Program-made: the position numbers and the translations under genes
Shown: piece after piece, positions 11,944-22,385 of the stretch
Layout: every line of letters starts with the position of its first letter
Position numbering within the stretch: position 1 is the first letter of the stretch
Notes under the pieces: generated by a model
Seen by the model: the letters and a program-made list of their open reading frames with translations, nothing else
What the model was told of the DNA's origin: nothing
The model's database searches: none
Source of the DNA: Heteronotia binoei
Taxonomy: Eukaryota
Direction of reading: 5' to 3'
Length of the DNA: 64,000 nucleotides
Assembly: GCF_032191835.1 (NCBI RefSeq)
Contig: NC_083240.1
Location: 18,848,001 to 18,912,000, forward strand

Positions 11944-12754
11944 TACTAGAGTCAAGAAAAAGCAGCTGCTACCTACTCGGAGTCTTAACGTTTTAGAGAC
12001 AAAGATATGGATGTTAGCTTGCTAACTTACACGCTACCATGTACAGTACAGAAGGCGGAGATCAAAATATGGATGTTAGAGTACAAGCTTATACACTACC
12101 GCTTATAGTACAAAAGGCGGGGAAGAATAGGAACAGAAACCAGCGGTTTGGGGAACATCTGCAGTGTCAGATCGGCCTGGAGAACGTTCTGGGGAGGAGC
12201 CAAATGGCAGTTGGGAGTACATGGTGGGCGGAAACGGGACGGCTAGCTGCCTTGATCTCTCCCTCTAATATAGTCAGGCGGAAGGGCTGCTGCTGGAATC
12301 GGTTACCCATTTATTTGGGAGAATGGCTGCAGCAGCCTGTTATTAGACGTCTGTTGTACATAAATACATTTAGCATTTAAACGTATTCATATTTATAAAT
12401 CCTGCATTTTTGTTTAGGTTAAGGACATTAGCACTATGTGCAATCAGACCACAATCTAGTTTGTCCCACATTCTGTTTCCCAGAGATGCCCCTGGCAAAT
12501 ATTGAAACAGGCATGAATGTACAGATAACGCCCAGCAAATGATGTTCAGGAACCTGGAAGTTCCATTTTGCCATTGTAGTAAGTAGTTTTTGATAGACCT
12601 CCTCCTGTTCTCTAAAGTTATTAAATCCTAAACTGCTGTGATATAAATCTGCTTGCCACCTAAGCCCCTGGCTTCACATGATTGGACTTCTGTCTACCAA
12701 TGAATGATCTTGTCGGCTACTTGGTTTTGATCTCGTGACTCCACGGTAAGTGGT

Positions 12755-12972
12755 CAGGTTGCCAGCTTTGGGTCGAGAAATACCTGGACATTTCGGGAGT
12801 GAAGCCTGAAGAGGGTGGATTTAGGGGAAGGGAGGGGCTTCAGCAGGATATAATGCCATAGAGCTCACCTTCCAAAGCAGCCATTTTCTCCAGGTGAACT
12901 GATCTCTGTCGCCTGGAGATCAGTTGTAATCCTGGAGATTGCCAATCACCACCTGGAAGTTGGCAACCCTAG
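12755..12972. mobile_element. Interspersed repeat with AGGGTTGCCA/TGGCAACCCT termini (probable DNA-transposon derivative)
   Basis: Shared core CCATAGAG..CCTCCAAAGCAGCCATTTTCTCCAGG..AACTGATCTCTG; other copies about 30940-31135 (-), 32655-32835, 47271-47712, 54437-54648. Confidence 0.7.
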
Positions 12973-13500
12973 AAACTGGGAATATTCCTGCTGCCCTCTC
13001 TGGCTCCGACCCTTGTCATCCATAATTGCAGGAACCAGCATCCAGATCCGTGGCCATGCAGTCATGTGTCGTCCCTAGATTAATAAATGGTTTTCAATTT
13101 ATTTATCACCCTGACCTCTGTACCATATTTATTGCCTTGTTTTCTTATTAGATTCCATTCCTGCTGATGTCACTAGAACTTTTCCAGTTGCAGGAGTGCT
13201 CCGTTTGATTATTTCCAGTTACTTTCTAGTTCTACGTGTATCAGATAGTGATAGTCAGACCAATGAAAGTCTTATAAAGTATTTTAATATTCATGCATTC
13301 CTTACCACCAAACCTGGAAATACTTACAAGGGAAAAGAAGTTACAGGTTTTTGTAGTGGAGAATTCCCATACTTCCCATCAACATCCAGGGCTGAAGCTT
13401 CCAAGTGTCTTGAGGCATAACAGCTGTGCTTTGTGTCTGTGGCTTTATCAGGACTTGCCCAGAGAAAATGAATGAAATCATAGGTCTTCTTTGCTCTTCC

Positions 13501-13770
13501 AAGAAGAAGATATAGGATTTATATCCCACCCTCCACTCCAAGTCTCAGAGTGGCTCACAATCTCCTTTATCTTCCTCCCCCACAACAGACACCCTGTGAG
13601 GTGGGTGGGGCTAAGAGAACTCACAGCAGCTGCCCTTTCAAGGACAACTCTGCCAGAGCTGTGGCTGACCCAAGGCTATCCCAGCAGGTGCAAGTGGAGG
13701 AGTGGGGCATCAAACCCAGTTCTCCCAGATAAGAGTCCGCACACTTAACCACTACACCAAACTGGTTCTC
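13501..13770 (-). mobile_element. Long Squam3-type SINE, full length
   Basis: Head GAGAACCAGTTTGGTGTAGTGGTTAAG (A box), GGTTTGATGCC (B box), (TTC)n tail. Confidence 0.9.
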
Positions 13771-15001
13771 TAACAACATTGGGGAGCAAAAGGAAATATA
13801 ACATGAAGGCTGACCTGATTTCAACCAGTTCTCTTTTATTCCTTGGGCATCCTGTGGACTTTTAGCAAATATTTTTGATTTCATCTCTCCCCTGCCTTTC
13901 CCTGACTGCTACCATGGTCCCATGCTTTCATACCTGTGAACAAATAGAGGATGATAAAGTGACTTTTATGCCACTCTTAACACCATTTTTGCACAGCAGA
14001 CACAAAAGTAAGCATTCATTTTTAGCAGCAGTATTTCTGTCAAATTTTAATATGGTTGGTGGGAAAGGACCACATGTGGAGAAACCTGATCAGAAGCATA
14101 AACCTTCAAATGAAACCAGAGTTGTCACAAAATTCAGCAGTTGCCTTAATTGGGAAGAGGAGTCCCTCCCCACCATCCCATTAATGCATTCCTTTCTGTT
14201 GCTTGGAAGTAGCACAAAGGTTAAAATGTACAAACTCTGCTGTTTTCCCCCCAGCTGCACTGCACAATCCATACTGCTCTTCAACAACAGGTTTGCTACT
14301 TATGAGAGAAAATTATCAATAATATCCTTTTCTAAAAAAAAGAGAAGTCCATTTTATTATATGCCAGGAAACAGTCCATCTATTTAAAGGTGCAGATGAG
14401 CGGTTCACAATGGGGCCAAGTCGCCAACTCTGCCTTTGCTCTTCCAGATGAGTAAATAAGTCATGCTAAATCAGACAATCAGTTGATCCAGCTAGCTTTT
14501 TTATCTTTCATTGCCAGCGGGGCAGAGCTCATATATATTGGGCAGAGGTGCTCTACGATTGACTTGCAATTTTTCTTTGTCACCTGCCTGAGGTTGCATG
14601 TACAAGTATAGGATGCAGTGTGCAGAGCATCTTCCTCAATTCTTCTGCTGTGAGAGATATCCTGGGGCAATGACCTCTGCCATCATTCCAGAAAGTGACT
14701 TGCCACCACTGTTCAGCTGTAGCAATAGCAGCAGGACCTGTTTCTGTTGCAAAACACTTTTCCCAGAACATCCCTGACGGCAACATTCCGGCTGCCTCTT
14801 GCATTCCTGAGAATGTGGCGAGGTGAAGAAGAGCCCTAGAATTCATTTGACAGAAGCAGAGAACTGGCTGGCACCTACCTGACTCAGACAAGTCAGGGAT
14901 CAAAGGCAGTTCAACGGTACAACTTGCTTGGAGTTCTTCCAGGACGGAACCCAGGGGTGGAATCTGGTCAAAGCCCATAGTGTCCTCGCTGAAGGACCAT
15001 T

Positions 15002-15892
15002 TTAGGCAGCAGACACTATGTCGCTTGTGCTCGTTGCCAGAAGGGGGGGTGAGGTGTTGGAGCAGCTGCATCGCCAGTTAGGATTGCAACAAAGCACCCC
15101 CGCCCCGATCAAGCCTAAAGCAACAGCCAAGCAAAGAACCCACTTCATCAGGTCGCCGTACACAAAGGGGAGAATGAAGACAATGAGGATCACCAAGAGC
15201 AACAGAAGAAACAGCAGCCTCTTGGCGGCCACCCTGTCGCCTTCTTCACCTTGGCTGATAGAGAAGGTGCTACGAATCACCAGGGTCCCACTCAGAGCAT
15301 CCTGAGAGAAGGGTATCTCCGGATTTGGGCCAGGATCAGCCAGCTGCACAATGCCCACCTTATTGGGAAGGCTGCAGATAAGCCCTCCAAAGACAGTGGT
15401 GACTTTGCGGCAGACGGGACAGGCAATTCTCCAGATGTCGTCTTCATTCCGCAACATCAGCTTCAGGCAGACTGCACAGAAGACATGCTGGCAGGAGAGT
15501 ACCTTAGGCAGTCTGCTCCAATTGTACCGGTTAAAGCATATAAGGCAGTCCACGTCTGTGGTTGAGCTATCAGAAAGGTGTTGAAAGGCTGCTTGATTAG
15601 CCAAACTATCAGAGCAACCCAAAGAAACAGGTATGGACAAAGGTGACATCTGGGAAGTCATAGATTTCCTTCCTGTAACCAGTTGGTCTGAGGCATGCAA
15701 GGGCTGCAGTTTCACACAAGACACTGCGTGCTCTTTTTTGGAAGCTGGAGTCCCACATTCTACATTGCCCGTATTTTTACCTTGGTCTTCAGAGGCGCTG
15801 GGTGTGTCCGTCCCTGCCACTTTTTCTTCAGTGGCTTGACACTCGTTCATATCCTCACAAGCGATTCCAGGGGAGACCACGTCCCGTTCCAT
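15002..15892 (-). CDS. RNF186: RING finger protein 186 (RING-HC E3 ligase with two C-terminal TM helices), single coding exon, 296 aa
   Basis: ATG at 15892 in strong Kozak (AGCATGG). C3HC4 RING CLIC..SCQHVFCAVC..CPVC followed by RKVTTVFGGLICSL and VAAKRLL..ILPFVY..LMKWVL, matching the RNF186 pattern. ORF-track start at 16036 is GTG. Confidence 0.92.
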   Translation of the reverse strand: MERDVVSPGIACEDMNECQATEEKVAGTDTPSASEDQGKNTGNVECGTPASKKEHAVSCVKLQPLHASDQLVTGRKSMTSQMSPLSIPVSLGCSDSLANQAAFQHLSDSSTTDVDCLICFNRYNWSRLPKVLSCQHVFCAVCLKLMLRNEDDIWRIACPVCRKVTTVFGGLICSLPNKVGIVQLADPGPNPEIPFSQDALSGTLVIRSTFSISQGEEGDRVAAKRLLFLLLLLVILIVFILPFVYGDLMKWVLCLAVALGLIGAGVLCCNPNWRCSCSNTSPPLLATSTSDIVSAA

Positions 15893-15978
15893 GCTGCCAA
15901 AAGCAAGTGGCCGTAGCAAAGGGATTGTGTGCCAGCTGAGTTTGGCTTCACAGTAGCCGCAGCAGGTTCCCCAGCTGC

Positions 15979-16083
15979 TTTTTATGACTGTATTGTAATA
16001 ATCCAAGCAATTAATCAGATGTCGGTTTGAAGGCACTTCTGCATCAAGACAGCCGGGAGGAGGGTGGTGGGTTAATCAGTAAC
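15979..16083 (-). promoter_or_regulatory. Putative RNF186 proximal promoter: HNF1-like site plus TATA-like CATAAAA
   Basis: GTTAATCAGTAAC 16071-16083 (12/13 to GTTAATNATTAAC); CATAAAAA on minus 15986-15979. Confidence 0.5.
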
Positions 16084-17499
16084 GCCACAGCAATATAGGT
16101 CCCTAATGCTTGGCAGTATCCCCGCGTTTCTGTGCCCTTTTTCAGCCAACGATCGAAACATGCATGTAAAGCAGCCGCCGCATCCAGAGTCATCGTTTGC
16201 TGTAACCTAAGTGCTTTCCAGCTCTTAACTAATCTTTGGTGAAGCCTGCAAAACAGGTTTACCCTGTGTGTGAGAGAGAGAGTTGTTTTGACTGACAGCT
16301 TCCTCCTGGAGCAAGGATTCCAACATGGGGCACTTCTGTCCAAACCAAACACTCAAGCCACAACAGCACACAGTAGCTCCGTTTTTCTATTTCTCTTTCA
16401 GACAAGAAGACCATCATTGGTTAATGTTTGGAAGGGTGACTGTACACAATTGGTGCAGGACACTGATCAACGAAGTTTGTCCATGTACTTGTGGCCCACC
16501 TTCTGAAGGTGATTGACCACCGGAGACGAGGCCTTCTGTGTTGTGGCACCTCTATTGTGGAACTTACTCCACTCAGCTGTTTTCATAACCCCAGATCTGG
16601 AGTATTCACCAGATACCTCAAGCAAAAACATTTTCATTTAGCTGGATCTCATCTTAAGTTTTGTCTGACAGGCAACCCCCACCCCCAATCATCTTTTTAA
16701 TGCCATTTTAGTATTTTAGTGGTGTTGCTATTAAATGCCTGACTGCAAGGCCATTTCTAGTTGTCTGCAGTTTAATCATGGAGTTCCATGTTATGTTGTT
16801 TAACTTGAACCTAAAATTTCAATACATAATCAAAATGAAACTGCCAAGGGACCTTAGAGGAAAAGGAATGAGCGTGAAATGAAGTTACACAAGGTGTTCA
16901 TCAGCCTTGAAAATACTTGAAATCTGGCAACCTTGGTTGAACAACAGCTTGGTCGAATAACAACTAGTTGCCAGATCTCAGTTGGAGGGAAGTGGACCAT
17001 CCTAGACAAGATGGTCAAAGGTCTCTCTAGAACTTTTTCTGAGGGTGGCACCAACTTTGAAGTGCACCCTTCCACTTTAAAGAGAGCATTTGGGAACAAC
17101 CCAGCAGGCATGAAACCGAGGGATGCTCATGAACAGTTTTATGCACATCAGAGAGCCACCATCACAAAGTACAGCTGGTTGGTGGCGCTCATCAAGTAAT
17201 GTCTTTTCGTCTTCAAGCAACTCTGACACCTGGTGGCCAGCTAGTTCTCTCATAGACAGATTTGCCTCCTTGATGACACCCAGCGGTCACGGCTAGTATT
17301 AACTAGCATTGACCAAAAGAACAATGACGTTTTGTTCTAGAGCTAAAAACTAGCTGATTTTATACCCCATCTCTAAGGAACTCAAAGCATGCAACTGTTG
17401 GAATGTGCTAAGCGTTCTTCTGTCCACTCCACGGTCAGCCAAAGTATGATTTCTTGCTCAATCAAATCTTTAATTATCAGGTCAGCCAGTGGATTTCAG

Positions 17500-18100
17500 G
17501 GAAACCGACTTTCAAGTAGGCATGTGTAGGATTAGAGGTTTGGAATGCTAGATCAGGAATAGGCTAAGAGGTCATCTTGATCTCTTCTAAGGCTACCTGA
17601 CACTTAACATTGTTGGTGCTTGTCCAGTCTCTCCTTGGAAATCTCCCCTGGCACCCTGCAGAACCCCCAGCTATTTGCACCAACAGGATAAACAGTTCCT
17701 CCCACTCCTCCTGACACCCATTTACGTATTTCCAGTCTGCTAATTTCCAGTCTACAGCCGTTTCAGCCTACAAACATGTCACTTCCATAGCAAACATGTT
17801 ATTTTGTTGGTTGACAGATTAAACGTAGCCAGTTCCTTCCATCCATCCTTGCATGATCCATCTCTCAGACATCTTCACAAGCTCTCCTCGCGATCCTTTC
17901 CAGTATGCCAACATTTGAAAAATGCAGACGGCACTCTAGCCATGCCCCTTGCGATTGCTGACTCAGAGTGATACTGTTGCAACCAAAAATGGCATCAGCC
18001 GTTTTGTGACATGACCTGACATTGTTGACTCATGTTCCATTGGTCAGCTAAACTGCTGGATCAGTATTTTGGAGCTGGTCTCAGAGCAGGCTCGCCCGTG
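17500..18100 (-). mobile_element. Highly decayed CR1-like fragment
   Basis: Residual TGTTGACTCATGTTC and CCAGTTCCTTC..CC..TCTCAGAC motifs typical of antisense CR1; low identity. Confidence 0.45.
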
Positions 18101-20694
18101 GTAAAAATGGGAAGTACTAAAGCTATAAAATGGGGGCAGGGGACTGAATTAAAACACAAGACAACTTTGCCAAAGTAAAGCGGAACTGACACCGGCAGGA
18201 TCAGGAATCTACTACCTCTTAATCATCTTTTGCAAATACTTGGGCAAACTGAACTGGGCAAGGGGGCAGAATTCTAACCCTTATAGAAAACACACATGAA
18301 ACACTCAAACTCCTATACCTTACTAGAATAGTCCAAGAATGTATGTTTTTAAGCACTGAAAACTGTCCCCAACTGGCCAGACTTGTCAAGTCATCTCAAG
18401 CATAGCTGATGTTATGTCAGGAAAGTCCAGCCTAGTGTCAGAAGCCAGGATTAGATATTGCACAGTCTCTCTTGCCACCCCTGCCCCGTAACATCTAGCA
18501 CAACAAACCATGTGACATTATCTGGCAGTCCTCCTCTATTTTGTGGTGATATTGTATCACTCATTTAAATTATATAGAGGAGGTATGAGATGACAGTGCT
18601 TTTATAGCATGCCTGCTACAGCCAGTTCTAGCCGGTCTCCATTTTGTGCACAGGACAGTTAACAAGCTAACTTTCCCTTCAAACTGTCCCAAACCTACTA
18701 GAGTCCACTTTCTGGGAAGTTGTTACCACCAGAACATGGACAGTTACAAGCTATCCACTGTCACAAACCCAAGACTGCTCCACCTTCATCCAATGCCTTT
18801 TTGCTTATCTAAGGATGACATCCTGTTTGCACACCTGGAGTTAAAGTTTCACAACATGGGATTTTTAACAGTAACTTGTTAAGAAGCAAAAAGGAGCATC
18901 CTTACAAAATGTGTTAAAAATTGGGACTTTGGTTATGGAAGTCTGGAATATTGATTTTTATGATTCTATAAGGCCATGTGTAGGATTCCTTGCTTTTATA
19001 TCTGGTCACAAGCTGAAGCCCCACAACCAGGAACATGACTGAGCAGGGCCTCATCAGTGTATTGGATCATTAAATGTCTCATAAATGTATTGGCTCATTA
19101 AAGGTCAATTAGGGACCTACACCCACGCTTCCCATCCCATTGTACACTGTGTGTAAAATAGCTTGTAAAGCGTTCTTTTTTGTACATCTCTCCAACTACT
19201 AACAATACTCATAACAGTGCATTACAAAACCATGAGTACCATATTTACTGAGAGAAAAATTACCCAGCATGTAAGACACCCCCCTGGTTATATACAAATT
19301 ATTTATTACTGCACATATTTAGAAGCTGTTATGGGAACTTAAAGGGGAACCTATATTTTTCTTAACAATGCTGGGGGGGGGGGGAATCTTGCCTTTCTTT
19401 TGGGTAACTACAGTCAAATCTGATGCTGCAAGCTAGCCCTGTTGTGCTGGGGACCAGCTGCTCATAGTTGCCACCATGAGCAAGTTCTGCCTTCCTAACA
19501 CAAAAAGAAGCCATGTACCAGGGAACATGGCAAACTCAAATTGAGGCATCAGTGCCACAGCAGGGGGAAGACAAAGTGGCAGAGATTTAGCAGAGCCAAC
19601 AAACCCTGGAAAGGCACCTACTGATCTTGTTACTAGCTTGCTCCCTTTCCTCCTTATAATATACTCCTCAACAGGGGCAATGGCAGCCACCTTCAAAGCA
19701 AAAACACACTTATGAAAACTGGAGTCAAAATAGCTCAGCTTAAGATAAACACCACCCCACACTACTCCCAAGCTTATCTATGGACCGGAAGAAGTGACTG
19801 CTCTTCAACACCTGCTATCCAGAATGAAATATTAGTGTCATCTGGAAAGGCAAACTCTTAAGTGTCAGCATCAGATATTTCCCAGAACACATCTTAGGCT
19901 TTGCAGGCAACACATAACTGTAAGGTGTGCCAACTTATCAACTATGCATTTGCTATAAATGCCGTTTTATATAAACAAATGACTTGATCATGTGCAGAGA
20001 ATAAATATGCTTATCATGCTCTGTAACACAGGGCAGGAGCATGTTAAGCAGAGAAAAGACTGGCTTTGGCAATAAGGAGGGTGGTGCCTATCTCCCCATA
20101 TAGGGCATCTCCTTACTTAGCAGTAGATACAGAAAAAATGCCTCAAGTTCAAAGAGCAATCACAGAGCCCTCCCACAGTTAACCAAAGCCCTACAGGCCA
20201 GGATGCTTAAAAACTGCTTTGGATGAGGAAGGCTGCTAGTGTGAAAGAGACCCAAATATCTCCAAGTTCCTTTGACTTTAAAAAAACAAACTGATTTTTC
20301 AAGTACTCACTTGAACTTAAATCAGTAACATTTTCCCTGAGCTGGATCTAATTAAATTTCAATGAAGGCAAAGTGTTACTATTGTTCACAATAAACAGGT
20401 TCCTACAGCCCCTGGGGTTTTTTTGGGGGGGGAGGGGGGGGAGAAAAGGCCAGCTCCAATTATTTTCAGCATCTTCTCCCTCCTGCCCTTTGACCAATTT
20501 TCACTATACTATCAGATGTTTCCATTCTCTGTTAACTTCAATGCTATTAGTATATTAAATCCAAAGTTTCCATTAATTTCTCTTTTAGCTAGAAATGTTC
20601 ATGAAACAAGCTCTCTCCCACTCCACTAAGTTTATGGCTAGGGGGGCGCCTTACTGTTATTGCTTCAGGAAAACAATAGGAATCAAAAAGCACC

Positions 20695-21074
20695 CCAGGC
20701 AATTCTTAAGACCTTTATTAAGAGATGCTTGCAGTTTGACTTGAAAAAATCAGGTGTATATTTCATACAAATTAAAAATGAGGTTCTTAAAAATCCCAAC
20801 TTGACCAGATATGAAACAATTTAAAAACCTTTAAAGGTGTATTGAGAAAAAACAGGCCTTTAAAAAACATGTTTGTCACTCCCAAAAGGAGACTGCTTTA
20901 GATAAAAATAATAAAAATCCCATGCTGCATAGATAATGCAGAGAGTTCGAGTTATCTGGTCAACAGCAAAAAGCAAGCACTTAAGGTCTTCAGTTCCAAT
21001 TCTTCTGTTCATTTCTTATTGCTGGAATTTCATATTCTTTTTTATTTCATATTCTCTCTTCTTTGATGACTAAA
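20695..21074 (-). other. YBX1: YBX1 non-coding terminal exon 8 (3'UTR)
   Basis: ttttttttcag|TTTAGTCAT acceptor; sequence closely resembles the conserved mammalian YBX1 3'UTR as recalled; 3' end approximate. Confidence 0.9.
20714..20719 (-). terminator. YBX1 distal poly(A) signal AATAAA
   Basis: TTAATAAAGGTCTTAA context as in the mammalian transcript end. Confidence 0.85.
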
Positions 21075-22150
21075 CTGAAAAAAAAGATAGAGAAGCCATT
21101 ATCTTAACCACTCTGGGTGTGACCTTCCCGTCCCACTTAGGCCAATAGTAGAATTGATTTACTTTTGGAACATCTAACATGACCCACCCCTGCAACATTT
21201 TTAACTATGCTGTTTAGTTCTCACAAACTATAAAGTAATTTTAAATTGCAAGAGGGGGTTTATGTGGTTGACTTTACCCCCATACTAATTCCCTGCATAT
21301 GGAAGGCGGATCACAGTACTAGTGTCATCTTTGCCCATGAGAGATTAGACTTCTCTGAGCACAGACCTTTTGAGCATGGCGGGACATTCATTAACTCACT
21401 CTGAGCCTCCATCTGTAACGGAACAGTCCAGACACAGTCTCACCGCACTAAGGGGCATTTGACAAAAGATGCAGAGCAGCTATTTTAGCAGCTCAATGGG
21501 GAATCCTCCAAAGAATGTAGACATTAAATCCATTACCTGGTGAAATAAGTGGAGCAAATATCCAAACATGCATGCTTACATTGACCTCTAAAAGATGCCT
21601 TCTGCCAAGTCAAGCAGTTAAAGCAATTCAGAATTTGTGCAGACATCCTGCTTTCACTAGAGATTGCACCTTTGATATTCTGGCAGTATGCCCCGCCATG
21701 CCTTGTATGACCACTAGGAAGGAGGGCCAAGATTCTTGCCCATTCTTCAATTATATCTCTCTCCTGGCAGGTGTACTGCAGAAATTCCATAGACTTTACA
21801 GGCTCATCAACAAAGATCTAGAGATGAGCATCTGAAAAGCCACTGGTGATTATACCAAGACAGACAAATGCCTGACCCCCCAAGATTGAAACCACAATCT
21901 TGCTACAAAAACATGGCTAGAGCCACCCCATGAAGTAACTGATGCTCCCGTTATGATTTGATCAAAATGTGAAGGGCCATCTAATTTACATTCTTGATGC
22001 AAAGAAATACAAGTGCAACGTACTTATCAACAGCAGAAGAAGCTCTCAGTACTGACAAATCCATTAAATACACTTAGCGGCAGACTCGCTGCTTTCTTTC
22101 TCCCGGTTTTAACACTCACCCGGATGATGGTAGAGATGGTAAGCCGGCGT

Positions 22151-22385
22151 TTACTCAGCCCCGCCCTGCTCGGCCTCGGGAGTGGACGTGTTCTCAGCTG
22201 GTGGTTCGGCTGCCTTTGTCTCTTTGCCATCTTGTGGTTTAGGGTTTTCTGGGCGTCTGCGTCGGTAATTGAAATTGCGACGGTACCGACGTTGAGGTGG
22301 CTGCTGACCCTGGGCCTCATCACCCTGGTTTTCTTTGTCTTCTTCATTGCCTTCTTCCCTGGGCTGTCGTTGGCGAGGAGGACCC
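22151..22385 (-). CDS. YBX1: YBX1 exon 7, coding part (exon continues as UTR to 22120)
   Basis: TAA at 22153-22151; donor CCGG|GTGAGT at 22120/22119. Confidence 0.97.

Noticed and set aside
15893-16036. 344-aa RNF186 as given by the ORF track
   Set aside because: Position 16036 is GTG; the first in-frame ATG is 15892 and the extra region overlaps the predicted promoter.
16854-17199. Overlapping 85-88 aa ORFs between RNF186 and YBX1, and the 112-aa ORF at 19433-19771
   Set aside because: No recognisable similarity (not TMCO4 or CLDN19) and no convincing splice-site pairs.
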